This document shows, piece by piece, positions 29,021 through 42,514 of a DNA stretch of 64,000 nucleotides; position 1 is the first letter of the stretch; each line of letters starts with the position of its first letter. Below the pieces are notes generated by a model that saw nothing but the letters and a program-made list of their open reading frames with translations, had not been told where the DNA came from and did not search any database. A program made the position numbers and the translations under genes. The stretch comes from Eledone cirrhosa (Eukaryota): NCBI GenBank assembly GCA_964016885.1, contig OZ024743.1, positions 200,508,001 to 200,572,000 on the forward strand, given 5' to 3'.

Positions 29021-30439
29021 TACATATATATGTATACACGCACACAAATATTATTTGACGCCTGGTAAAACGTACGCTATTACAGACTGTGAATCCTTTA
29101 AACCTGTTGAGGAGTTGGAAAATATGCAAAGGAGAGAACGTCTTTTTGGAACAGCTAAGACAATACAATGGGAGTGGACCTATTTGTAATCCAACTTATT
29201 GAAAGCAACGGACATGTTTTGATCTTATGAAATCTTTTTAGTGAAGCATATTATCAAATTTGGCCAGACTAAGAATAATTAATAAATGCAGGAAAGAATG
29301 AATGAATGAATGCGTTCATTATGTGTATCAACAAAAGTAGACGCTCTGTATAAATTTTATGCATGCAAATAAAATCTTGCTATCCCTCTAAGGCGAATGC
29401 GATAAAACTTCAACCTAGCGAGTCATTCCTCGCAAATTCAAGACCAAAACTCTCTTTAGTGATGTTCTAATGGAAAGTGCAGAAGGAAAAGAAGAATGAA
29501 CTCTTATATACTTAGCTGATCCAAGTCTTTATTTGATCCAAGTCTTTTACAAGCAAATATTCTTTAGATAATTACTGGTGGACTCGAACTTGCGACTCCG
29601 TATTAACTAGTTTCTCGATGGAACTGATAAATAAATTTGGAACATTGTATATTTTTGGTCATTTTTTCTTTCTGTTTTCATATGTATATATGGTCCCGTA
29701 ACTCCTGATAGAGTCGTAGGAACACCGTATTGACATATGGCTTTTCCTGAGCATTTTAAGTTTGGCGGAACCCATCCCTCTCCAGGTCTGAATACAGCAG
29801 ATTTCTCCCAGAGAAAGATAGAAAGTGAGTGAGGAAATGAGGAAGAGATATAAAATAAGAATCGATCACAGTACTAGACTGGTACTTTTTTATTGACCTG
29901 GAAAGGATGAAAAGCAAAGTCGACCTCGGCCGGATTTGAACTTAGAGAGCAGGGAGCCAGAACGAATACCATAAAGCAGTCTAGCCGACGTTCTACGCCA
30001 TATTTTTTCTTTTCTTTTTATATGAAGAACCTATAAACAATTTTCGGGCGCCTATTCTGACAAGTACCACCTTTGTAAAAGCCAACACACTTTCTTATCA
30101 GACTGGGCGGCAATTTATTGTCAACATACATTTAGTCTCCAAAATAAAAAGCTTGAGCTGGCTACAATAACCTTTCTTCATGACTGTTTCGTTATCTCTC
30201 TTCTAATAAACAATATTATAAGTATTATAATAAATAAAGATGACAATAGATGACATGTTTCAGGTTGTTTAGAAAATCGAATTTATCTAAGATTGCTTGC
30301 TTTCTTTCTATCTATGTTTGTCAATGTTTGGCAAGATATCAATTAGGTCTGGCATCGTGCTGTGTTGAGTAGACATGTGTTGTTTTTATTTCGCTTGAAA
30401 GTCATATATGCTATTAGCAATTACAAGGTGGAAGGGTCA

Positions 30440-30660
30440 TTTTAGCCATTCAAAAACAACAAAAACTTCACTTGACATTTATCATTTATTGCCTAGTGTC
30501 AAAATGTTCGCACTTTTATGACCTGGCCACTTACCCAGTAAAACTATATCAGTGACCAGGTCACAAACGGTGTGACGAACATTTTGACTCCCGGAAATAA
30601 ATGATAAATGTAAAGGAAAATTACAAGTTTTTATTTGTTTTGTATTTGAATAGGTAGAGT
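30440..30660. mobile_element. Palindromic MITE-like element (~90-bp imperfect inverted arms)
   Basis: acatttatcatttatt..gtcaaaatgttcg..tgacctggccact / agtgaccaggtca..cgaacattttgac..aataaatgataaatgt. Confidence 0.65.
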
Positions 30661-30860
30661 AAATTTTCCACTGATCAAGAATTCACTTGTCTAACAAGTA
30701 CAAAACGAATTTTATTAAAAACAGCATTGTTACATAATGACTGCGGGGTATTATCCAGGGACGCCATCTGCACGAAATTAAGTCAGTTTATGACTATCAA
30801 ACTTAGTATAGTGAGGGACAAAATCTAATTGATTAAAAATCCTTCTGTGTTAAATTAAAA

Positions 30861-31512
30861 TAATTGTTTCTACTTTTGGCACAAGACCAGCAATTACTCC
30901 AGTGCATTACTGGTACTAAATTTTATCGACCCCGTAAGGATGAAAGGCAAAGTTAACCTCGGCGGGATTTGAATTCAGACCGCAAAGGGCCTTAACTGTA
31001 TGCTGCAAAGCATGGCGTCCGACCCTCTACCGATACTGTCAATCCATCAAGATTAAAATAATTGTTTCTACTTTTGGCACAAGGCCAGCAATTACCCAGT
31101 GTATTACTGGTACTTTATTTTATCAACCCCATAAGGATGAAAGACAAAGTTAACCTCGGCGGGATTTGAACTCAGAATGACAATGGCCGTAACTCTATCC
31201 GTCAAAGCATAAAATAATTGTTTCTACTTTAGGCACAAGGCTAGCATTTATCCAGTTCATTACTGGTACTTCATTTTATCGACCCCGTAAGGATGAAAGG
31301 CAAAGTTAACCTCGGCGGGATTGCCTTTGTGTGATGGTAAAAATAATACAAGTCAATTAGTTAATTAGATTATTTGTACTAACTACAATAATTGTGATGA
31401 TAATAACTGTTTCTACTTTTGGCACAAGGCCAGCAATTGTCCCAGTGTATTACTGGTACTTTATTTTATCGACCCCGTAAGGATGAAAGGCAAAGTTAAC
31501 CTCAGCGGGATT
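30861..31512 (-). mobile_element. Four tandem family-A SINE copies
   Basis: Copies start at ~30861, 31059, 31214 and 31405. The last two share a truncation point and flank (gggattgcctttgtgt), implying local duplication. Confidence 0.85.
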
Positions 31513-31708
31513 GCCTTTGTGTCATGGTAATAACGTGATATTTTTTATTATTAGATAAACACAGTCGATTAAATAGACTAGTATTTCGGGTGTGATATGT
31601 TATCACCCACCCTAGCAACCCACAAGGATAAAAAGCAAATTCGACCTTGGCAAAATTCGACCTCAGAACACAGAGATGTGAGACAAGGTGTTTAGTCATT
31701 TTTTGCAA

Positions 31709-32357
31709 ATCGACCTCCCGTGATTGCTGGAGTTGTTAGAAATAACAGCCAAGCTTCCCTCAAATCAACCTCCCGTGATTGCTGGACTTGTTAGAAATAA
31801 CAGCCAAGCTTCCCTCAAATCAACCTCCCGTGATTGCTGGACTTGTTAGAAATAACAGCCAAGCTTCCCTCAAATTAACCTCCCGTGATTGCTGGACTTG
31901 TTAGAAATAACAGCCAAGCTTCCCTCAAATCAACCTCCCGTGATTGCTGGACTTGTTAGAAATAACAGCCAAGCTTCCCTCAAATCAACCTCCCGTGATT
32001 GCTGGACTTGCTAGAAATAACAGTCAAGCTTCCCTCAAATTAACCTCCCGTGATTGCTGGACTTGTTAGAAATAACAGCCAAGCTTCCCTCAAATCAACC
32101 TCCCGTGATTGCTGGACTTGTTAGAAATAACAGCCAAGCTTCCCTCAAATCAACCTCCCGTGATTGCTAGACTTGTTAGAAATAACAGCCAAGCTTCCCT
32201 CAAATCAACCTCCCGTGATTGCTGGACTTGTTAGAAATAACAGCCAAGCTTCTCTCAAATCAACCTCCCGTGATTGCTAGACTTGCTAGAAATAACAGCC
32301 AAGCTTCCCTCAAATCAACCTCCCGTGATTACTAGACCTGTTAGAAATAACAGCCAA
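31709..32357 (+). repeat. 55-bp minisatellite, ~12 copies
   Basis: Unit atcaacctcccgtgattgctggacttgttagaaataacagccaagcttccctcaa; period 55 from 31714 to 32319. Confidence 0.95.
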
Positions 32358-32885
32358 TTTGTCGATCGACTTTCGTCAAATCGGGCCGAGGAAACAATGT
32401 TTCCGTTGGTCTTTGCAATTGCTAATACTATCTATCGGTCGCAACTCCAGTTAGAAAGAACAAGGTGAAATAAAGTGTCTTGCTCAAGGCGATAATGCAT
32501 CGCCCGGTCCAGCCAAGCCACCCTTAAATCACACCCTATGACACATTGGAGAATGTAATGCTTGGAAAAATTGAGGATGGTCACATTTGGAATGCTTTTT
32601 GACTAAATAATAATAGTAATGATTTCATTTATTGGCCATAAGAGCCGACATGTAGGGGACAATATAATAATAGTAATAACAACAGAATTGAGTGTTATTA
32701 TATGTACATATAAACATACATGCATGCGTACATACATACATACATGCATACATACATATATATACATACATGCATACATACATATATATATATACATACA
32801 TATATGCATACATACAAACATATACATACATACATATATACATACATACGTATATGCATACATACATACAAACGTACATGCACAC

Positions 32886-34160
32886 ATGGTGGCTGCCAAC
32901 TCGTTTTCGAGTACGGCCACTACTTTATATCCATGTAGGAGAACCCCTACTGATGCGCTGAACGAGTGTGACTTTTTAGTCCAGCCAGCGACTTGAAAGC
33001 TCTGGTACAAACACTACACTTGTGACAATTATTGACACATAGTGCTGGGCCCATGGTACCATGTAACGACAAATGCAGAGAGATCTCCAGATATAAAGCA
33101 ATGCCTGTGCCGTGAAGCTTTTATAGTGAGCAAAGGCACTGCACAAAGCCAGTCCCACTCTCTTAACCAAGATGATATTTACCAAAAAGAAGAACAAGTC
33201 AACATCATTGGATACCATCAGGGTTGCAGGTGTTATATCAGAGTTTTCCTTCTCCTAGAATTCTGCCTTGACAAAGGCTAAGGGGTCATCTCTCCCGGTG
33301 ATTTTGGATGGCCATTGACTCTTAAGAGCTCCTTTGCCTTTTGACAGGTTTTGTTTTTAGTCCTGCAGGATGTCCAAAGTCACCCTCCTCACCAAGAAAC
33401 CTTGGTGGGTTTGCCAGTTTAGTCGCCAACGACCTGACCATGAGACAGGTTGTACTGGGATACATGTTACCAGTAGCACCAACTGGTGACCTGACATACA
33501 TACATACATACATACATACATACATACATACATACATACATACATACATACACGGTGGCTGCCAACTCGTTTTCGAGTACGGCCACTACTTTATATCCAT
33601 GTAGGAGAACCCCTACCGATGCGCTAAACAAGTGTGACTTTTTAGTCCAGCCACCGACTTGAAAACTCTGGTACAAACACTACACCTGTGACAATTACTG
33701 ATACATAGTGCTGGACCCATGGCACCATGTGACGACAAGTGCAGAGAGATCTCCAGATATAAAGCAAGCCTGTGTCGTGAAGCTTTTATAGTGAGAAAAG
33801 GCACTGCACAAAGCCAGTCCCACTCTCTTAACCAAGATGATATTTACCAAAAAGAAGAACAAGTCAACATCATTGGATACCATCAGGGTTACAGGTGTTA
33901 TATCAGAGTTTTCCTTCTCCTAGAATTCTGCCTTGACAAATGCTAAGGGGTCATCTCTCCTGGTGACTTTGGATGGCCATTGACTCTTAAGAGCTCCTTT
34001 GCCCTTTGACAGGTTTTGTTTTTAGTCCTGCAGGATGTCCAAAGTCACGCTCCTCACCAAGAAACCTTGGTGGGGTTGCCAGTTTAGTCGCCAATGACCC
34101 GACCATGAGACAGGTTGTACTGGGATACATGTTACCAGTAGCACCAACTGGTGACCTGAC
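32886..34160 (-). mobile_element. Two tandem copies of the 608-bp RTE-derived element separated by (TACA)n
   Basis: 32886-33495 and 33552-34160 are reverse complements of 9784-10391. Confidence 0.9.
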
Positions 34161-34450
34161 CATACATATATACATATATACATGCATACAAACATATATG
34201 CATGCATACATACATACATATATACATACATACATTCATACATACAAACATATATGCATGCATACATACAAACATACATACAAACATATATACATACATA
34301 CATGCATACATACACATATGCGTATATATACATACATACAAACATATATACATACATAAAAATATATACATACATACAAACCTACATACATACATACATA
34401 CATACATACATACATACATACATACATACATACATACATACATACATACA

Positions 34451-34803
34451 TGCCCACTTGATGTAAACGTTGTCAGAAAAATACAGAAGGGGGAGGACAT
34501 CTACGGACCATTGATGAGGAGTTTACAAATCCAGTATCCAAGATACACCTTTAGCTTCATACCCATCATTATTGGAGCTACGGGTTATATACCAACCCGC
34601 TTGGACCAAAGTATGACTGAACTTGGATTTGCGGACAAAAAGCGCTGCTCCCTAATTCATAGTCTACAAATGGCTGCGATAGGTGGCACCTTCAAAATTT
34701 GCAAAACATTCTTGCGATTCAAGGGATGACAATTTTTCTTTTACAACCTTGCCACCAGGAAGGTGGCCGGTCAAAAAAATATACTCGAAATTAAGAGAAA
34801 GAG
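34451..34803 (+). mobile_element. 3' end of an RLE-type (R4/Dong-like) non-LTR retrotransposon
   Basis: CPLDVNVVRKIQKGEDIYGPLMRSLQIQYPRYTFSFIPIIIGATGYIP..KICKTFLRF resembles the C-terminus of a restriction-like endonuclease. Embedded in (TACA)n. Confidence 0.75.
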
Positions 34804-34980
34804 ATATATATACATACATACATACACATACATATACCATCATATGGCCTATATAACGACACAATTAGAGAATTGCACTAAAATTAATTTAAAGCAAGAC
34901 TAGTCATGTATTCTTAAATAGACCTAATCAATTCATTTGCTCAGTTGAGTGTTACATAATTTTTCTCGGAAACATACATA

Positions 34981-35048
<68 letters not shown>

Positions 35049-35182
35049 CACACATTTATACACACATACATATACATACATATAGACATATATATACAAT
35101 CATATATACATATATACGTACTCACATACTTATTTCATCACGTTCACAAGCTTATGTACACTTGCACATATACACAAATCTG

Positions 35183-35216
<34 letters not shown>

Positions 35217-35226
35217 TATATATTTA

Positions 35227-35278
<52 letters not shown>

Positions 35279-35304
35279 CGTGTATATATATATATATATA
35301 TATA

Positions 35305-35369
<65 letters not shown>

Positions 35370-35732
35370 GTGTGTGTATATATATATACGTGTATGTATG
35401 TATGTATGTATGTATATATGTTTGTATGTATGTTCTTCTAACTTACGTATTTAATATTTCACACACCCATAGAGAAAAGGACGGTTTCTAACCCAGAAAC
35501 AATGCTCTTTCATTGGAATGCAGTCATCAACAATGTGGTCATGTATGTGTGTGTGTGTGTGTGTGTATGTGTGTGTGTGTGTGTGTGCGCGCGTCTGTGG
35601 GGGGGGGGGGTGTACGTGCGCGCGTGTGTGTAAATGTATATATGTACACGTTGTGTGTTAACATGTAAGTACATAAGGGTCTGTATATGTATGCATGCAT
35701 ATATGCACGTATGTATGTATATATGTATGTAT

Positions 35733-36440
35733 GTTCTATCTTTCACTTAATTTTGAGTTTATTTCTGACCGGCCACCTTCCTGGTGGCAAATTTGTAAAG
35801 AAAATGAAATTGTCGTCGTCTCTTGTGTAAGAGTTAATCCTTTGAATCGCAAGAATGTTTTACAGATTTTGAAGGTTCAAGATATTGCATCTATTTGTAG
35901 CTTATTAATTGAGGAGCTACGTAATTTGTCAGCAAATCTAAGTTCCGTTATACTTTGATCCAGCTGAGTTGGTATATAAAATGTAGCTCCAATAATTGTT
36001 TCTACTTTAGGCACAAGGCCACCAATTATCCAGTGCATTACTGGTTCTTTATTTTATAGACCCCGTAAGGATGAAAGGCAAAGTAAACCTCGGCGGGATT
36101 TGAACTCAGATCGTAAAGGGACGTAACTATGCTGGAAAGCATGGCGTCAAACCCTCTACCGATACTGCCAATCCACCACCCAAAATGTAGCTCCAATAAT
36201 AACGGGTAAAAAGCTGAATGTGTATTTTGGATACTGGATCTGCAAACTCCTCATCAATGGTCCGTAGATATCCTCCTTCTTTTGATTATGTTTTGACACA
36301 CAGACATCGTGTGGGTTGCAGACTTCTAAATCAGACCATGTTTTTAACGTGTAGTCCCAAGTACCAATACCAAGCCGGTTGTACTTTAATTTGGTGTCGG
36401 TTTTTATTTTTAGTTTCCACAAGTATTCCTTTGAACTATT
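35733..36440 (-). mobile_element. R4/Dong-like LINE 3' fragment interrupted by a family-A SINE; further short copy at 36495-36632
   Basis: WKLKIKTDTKLKYNRLGIGTWD..LEVCNPHD..EDIYGPLMRSLQIQYP (decayed RPD..E motif). The SINE is flanked by a 19-bp TSD aaaatgtagctccaataat. Confidence 0.75.
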
Positions 36441-37159
36441 ATATTCCTCCCTACATGTATGTATGCATATATGTTTGTATGTCTGTATGTATGTTATCTC
36501 TTTCTCTTAATTTCGACTATATTTTTTGACCGGCCACCTTCCTGGTGGCAAGGTTGTAAAAGAAAAGAAATTGTCATCTCTTGAATCGCAAGGATGTTTT
36601 GCAAATTTTGAAGGTGCCAGGTATCGCAGCCCATGTATGTATGTATGTATGTATGTATGTATGTTTTTGGTAAATATCATCTTGGTTAAGAGAGTGGGAC
36701 TGGCTTTGTGCAGTGCCTTTGCTCACTATAAAAGCTTCACGGCACAGGCATTGCTTTATATCTGGAGATGGTACCATGGGCCCAGGACTATGTGTCAATA
36801 ATTGTCACAAGTGTAGTGTTTGTACCAGGGTTTTCAAGTCGCTGGCTGGACTAAAAAGTCACACTCGTTCAGTGCATCGGTAGGGGTTCTCCTACATGGA
36901 TATAAAGTAGTAGCCGTACTCGAAAACGAGTTGGCAGCCACTATGTATGTATGTATGTATGTATGTATGTATGTTTGTATGTATGTTTGTATATATGTAT
37001 TATGTATACATGCATGCATGTATCCATGTATATATACATGTATGTATGTATCAATGTATGTGTGTGAGTATGTATGTATATATGTATGTATATATATACG
37101 TTTCAGAATACAAAATTAATTAAAAACTTACCCCACGAAAAGGCAGGAGGGACCACATC

Positions 37160-38010
37160 AGTGATGTCGAGATTTTGGAAAGCTCTATGTGTGACAGTAT
37201 AGAAGCTCTTGTGCTTAAGCAACGACTCCGTTGGAGTGGTCACCTTGCCAGGATGAAGGATTCTAGAATACCGAAACAACTCTTTTATGGAGAGTTAGTT
37301 AAAGGAAAACGACCGCCACATAAACCAAAAAATAGGTATAAGGATTCCTTGAAAGCCTCTCTGAAAGACGCTAACATCTCTGCTGATACATGGGAAAATA
37401 TTGCTGCTGATCCTAATAAATGGGGAAAGACTATATATGAGGGAAAAGTTGCCTTTGAGGCATCTCGAATCGCATACGAGAAAGTAAAGCGGGATGTGAG
37501 GAAGGGCATTGCTGTTGTACTTCCAGACGGCGAAGGTCCTCCTATGGAGCTGACAAGCAGCGTCTGTGCGAGACTCTGCCTAAGCAAAGCTGGACTCGAA
37601 AGTCATTTTCGCAGTCATAAAGTAAGACCAGTGGTTGACTACCAGGCTGCTGTTGGAGACGCTACTCATCATGCTTGCCATGTGGTAGAGAATGTAAATC
37701 AGTAGGAGGGCTCAAACGACATGCAAAAGTACATGAACTCCAACCACAACTGGCTATTCCCAGTGAATGTTTTGGTTGCCGACTCTGTGCAAGACATTTT
37801 AGATCATTGGCTGGGCTAAAAAGCCACATTCGATCGCAGCGCTGTTAATTGTTATCGTGTGTGTGTATAGATATGTTTGTATGTGTGCGTGTCTGTGTAT
37901 ATATATATGTATATTATTATTGTTGTCGTTATTATTATTATTGTTATTATTATTATGTTGTTTTTTTCTCGTGCAATGGCCATACTCGATAACGAGGGGG
38001 CAGCCATCAT
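37160..38010 (+). mobile_element. 3' fragment of an RTE-clade LINE with C-terminal C2H2 fingers
   Basis: SIEALVLKQRLRWSGHLARMKDSRIPKQLFYGEL..GKR....PKNRYKD..WE..A.D...W is a typical RTE C-terminus. Finger-like motifs and a 3' stem-loop follow. Confidence 0.88.
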
Positions 38011-38165
38011 ATATACACGTATGCATGTATGTATGTGTGTATATGTGTGCATCTATGTAAGTATGTATGTGTGTATCTATGTAAGTATGTATGTATTTAT
38101 GTAATAACCTGTATGTATGGAATGTTAGAAGCCATCAGTGTTGTAAGTATTCAGTACACATGTCA

Positions 38166-39685
38166 TTGAATTGGCAGTATCGGTAGAGAGTCGGACGCTA
38201 TGCTTTGACGCATAGAGTTACGGCCCTTGCCATTCTGAGTTCAAATCCCGCCGAGGTCAACTTTGCCTTTCATCCTTACGGGGTCGATAAAATAAAGTAC
38301 CAGTAATGTACTGAAAATTGCTGGCCTTGTGCCAAAAGTAGAAACCATTATTACTATTATCAGGGCGGTGGATTGGCCGTATCGGTAGAGGGTTGGACGC
38401 CATGCTTTCCAGCGTGTTACGTCCCTTAACGAACTGAGTTCAAATCCCGCCGAGGTTGACTTTGCCTTTCATCCTTACGGGGTCGATAAAATAAAGTACC
38501 AGTAATGCACTGGGTAATTGCTGGCCTTGTGCCCAAAGTAGAAACAATTATTACTATTATCAATGTTAGTTTATTTTTTCGTCGTCGTCGGCGTCGTTGT
38601 TACTATTCTTGTTAGAGCCGTGGGTTGACAGTATTTGTTGCGAGTCTTTCCATTCGAAGTTAAAATTGTTTTAGAGATCGCTAAAATATATTGATTTCTA
38701 GTATACGCACAAGGGCAGTAATTTGGGGAGAGTGGAAAGTCGATTAAATCGTCCCAGTACGTGACTGGTACTTTATTTTATCGACTCCATAAGGATGAAA
38801 GGCAAAGTTAACCTCAGCGGGATTTGAACTCAGACCTTAAAGGACCGTAACTCTATGTTGCAAAGCATGGTGTCCGACTCTCTACCGATACTGCCAATCC
38901 GATGCCCTTCAGATCGCTATAATATAGTACCATTGAAGAACTAGCAGCAATATATTCTTCGTTCCTGCCAACTCAAATTGTTGGTCTTATACCTCGATTT
39001 CTTTTTTTTTTACAACCTATCGGCGTATCATTATTTCCACGCATTATTTCCACGCATTGAATATGGTGGATTGGCAGTATCGGTAGAGGGTCGGACGCCA
39101 TGCTTTCCAGCATAGTTACGTCCCTTTACGATCTGAGTTCAAATCCCGCCGAGGCTGACTTTGCCTTTCATCCTTACGGGGTCGATAAAATAAAGTACCA
39201 GTAATGCACTGGGTAATTGCTGGCCTTGTGCCTAAAGTAGAAACAATTATTTCCACGCATTGAGGACTCTTGGGCCACAAAAGACAGGGAGGGGGAGGGG
39301 TAATGATGATAGACTCTGGTCCTAGGGCGCTGGTATGTCGGACTGCGCCTCGCGGACAAGACCGCAAAGGCATTTCCGTGAACAATGGCCAGCGACAAAT
39401 TAGAAACCAACATTACAATTTTTTTGTTATTGTTGTTGTTGTTTTATTATTGTTGTTATTACTAGGGCGGTGGATTGGCAGTATCAGTAGAGAGTCGGAT
39501 ACCATGTTTTGCAGCATAGAGTTACGGCCCTTTACGGTCTGCTTTCAAATCCCACCGAGATTAACTTTGCCTTTCATCCTTACGAGGTCGATAAAATAAA
39601 ATACCAGTAACGTACTAGTGTCGATTTAATCGACTTTCCCTTCCTCCCAAATTACTGGCTTTGTGCCTATACTAGAAACAATTAT
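38166..39685. mobile_element. Cluster of five family-A SINEs (+,+,-,+,+)
   Basis: 38166-38350, 38362-38550, 38694-38905(-), 39065-39250 (TSD attatttccacgcattga), 39464-39685. Confidence 0.9.
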
Positions 39686-40145
39686 TGTTGCTATTACTGC
39701 TATTGTTATTTCTGTGGTTCTAACAGTTATTGTTGTTGTTCTTACTGTTGTTGTTAATACTATTGTTGTTGTTATTGTTTTTTTTTCCCTGTAGTTCTTT
39801 TATTTTATTTCCTGACTTATATATTACTGAGGTGTTAGGTGGGGGAGGGTATAGGGGGTGGGGAAGTGAGAGGTGGGGTATATAGGGAGTTGGAGAGAGG
39901 GGACGTGGGGGGCGAGGTGGAGAGGCGGAGAGGCGTTAGGTGTGTGGGTGGGAGGGGTGGGGGTTATTGAGAGGTGGGCAGGTGGAGAGGTGGGGAAGGG
40001 TGTATTTCCTTCAGACACTCACTAATTATTATTTTCCTTCATTTCATCGTGTTCCTTTTCCAGTTCCATTTTTTTTTTTACATCCAGAAGCAAATTTAAT
40101 GTGAAAAAACAATTCCAACACGCACACACACATGTACACACACTC

Positions 40146-40218
<73 letters not shown>

Positions 40219-40310
40219 TATACACATATACAAAGATATGTGTGTGTATTTATATGTATATATATATATATATATACACATATCTATATGAATATATATA
40301 TATATATATA

Positions 40311-40356
<46 letters not shown>

Positions 40357-40415
40357 TATATACATATATATATATACATATATATATACATATATATATA
40401 TACATATATATATAC

Positions 40416-40452
<37 letters not shown>

Positions 40453-40532
40453 CGTGTGCCTGTGTGGGAGTGGCGACATGTGTATGTGTGTGTGCATGAG
40501 TGTGTATGTGTGTATGTGTGTAAAAAGACACA

Positions 40533-40615
<83 letters not shown>

Positions 40616-40809
40616 TGTGTGTGTGTCTTTACATGTATACAATGAAGCGGGGGCGACAGAGTGGAAGAACTAGTAAAAGTGGAAAGAAATTGAGAATAAA
40701 AACTTGCAACTTTTGGTAAAAATTGATCTGGTTACTACAATTTCCGTTGGGCCATTTTCACTTCCGCCGTCACATTCTACCACTATATGTGGTGAAGTCA
40801 TATTACACA

Positions 40810-41640
40810 ACTGGTGGTGGTGTTGAGGGGGGTTCTGGTGGGAGGGGGTGGGGGGGTTCTGGTGGGAGTGGCGGTTTTGGTGGTGGCGGTGCTGGTGATG
40901 GTGGTGGTCCTGGTGGACGCGGGGGGGGGGGGGGGGTTCTGGCGGTGATGGTGGCGGTGGTGGTGGTGGCGGCGGTAATGGTGGGGGGAGTGTGAGTGGT
41001 GGTTGTGGTGGTGGTGGTGGTAATGGTGGAGGTGATAGTGATGGTGATGATGTTTATGATGGCGCCGGTGGTAATGGGGGCGGGATGGTGAGGGTGATGG
41101 TAATAGTGTGGTTGATGATGATGATTCTGATGGCGCCGGTGGTTGTGGTGGTGATGGTGGTGGTCGTGGTGGTAATGGGTGAGGTTGTGGGGGTGATGGT
41201 AATAGTGGGGGTGATGGTGATGGTGATGGTGATGGTGATGGTGATGGTGGAGGTGATGATGGCGATGGCGATGATTGTGAATGGTGATGGTGATGACTCT
41301 GATGGCGCCGGTGGTGGCGGTGGTGGTGGTGGTGTGGTGGGGGTCGTCGTCGTGATGATTCTGGTGGTGGTGGTTTGGGTCATAGAAGTGTTGGGGTGTG
41401 CCTGTGGAAGTGGCAGTGACGGTGGTGATTGTGGTGGGGGTAGGAAATGGATGTCTTTGCATTGACGGGCTGCTGGTGGTGGTAGGTGGTGGTGGTTGCG
41501 GAGGTGGTGGTGGTTGCGGAGTTATGTGGGGGTGTTTGTGATGGTGGTAGTATAGGTTATTGTCGTTGTGTTGATGTTGGTGGTGTTGATGTTGGTGGTA
41601 TTGCTGGTGGTATTGTTGGTGGTATTGTTGGTGCTGCTGC
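40810..41640. repeat. (GGT/GAT)-rich low-complexity tract
   Basis: Direct inspection. Confidence 0.9.
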
Positions 41641-41779
41641 TGTGTACGTGTGTGAGTGCGTTTTGCAGGTACATTTATTCACAAGTGGTGTTTTTACTGT
41701 TTCTTATGTAGATAAGAATATTAAGACAGGAGTGGCATGGGTGAACGGAAAGTATTGTTTTAAAGATTTTAACGTTTCA

Positions 41780-41985
41780 TTGTATGTGGTTAGAATGTCT
41801 CAGCAAAAAATCGCTGGTCAGATTTTATGAGCAAAACCAACCGACGGAAGACCCAGGGGTAGATCTCGAGCAAGATGGCCGGATAACATCCATCGCGCTT
41901 GGGGATCCAGCTGGATCAGTTGGGGACGGTTGCTTCTGAGAGGACCCTATCCTCACGAGAACAGTATATTGGCGAAGAAGAAGAA
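41780..41985 (+). mobile_element. Short RTE LINE 3' remnant
   Basis: VVRMSQQKIAGQIL*AKPTDGRPRGRSRARWPDNI, followed by a (GAA)n tail. Confidence 0.65.
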
Positions 41986-42514
41986 CGTTTCATTGTGGGC
42001 ACAGTATGACCAAATAGTTATACGGTTCGCTTACCTATCATTAGGTCCCACATTCGTTTCCACTGTGTGGGATGTTAGGGAAGTGTCAATCTTTGTCTAT
42101 GAGTGAAATTAGGGAGTTGCACACTGTATGGAAGGTCGTCAGAAGGACTAAACTGTTTCGAAGCCCGTCACATGGTGAGAAGAGTGAAGAGTGAAGAGCG
42201 GAATGTCCTCTTTCTCGAGGCTAATTAGAAGGGAGCCAAGAAAAGGATTACTCACATCGTGACCCACTAATACTTTTGCCACTAATCTGTGAACTCACTG
42301 AAAAAGAAGCCGAATGATGACGCAATTAAAAGGGAAAATATTGATTTGATCAACAAAAATTAAATATTGCGCTTGCTCTGCTCTATATACCACAACTTAG
42401 GGGTACAGAATTTATTACAGATTCCCCTCTTCCTTTCTATGAATGCTGATCTTATCTGAAAATATTTTCCGAAACCTCATGTACCGCCCGATCCCAGTAC
42501 CGATGTACTATTTA

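Noticed and set aside
31709-32357. CRISPR-like appearance of the 55-bp array (also the 99-bp and 46-bp arrays)
   Set aside because: No unique spacers, no cas genes, eukaryotic context.
39835-40000. G-rich tract with quadruplex potential
   Set aside because: Low-complexity sequence with no associated promoter or other evidence of function.
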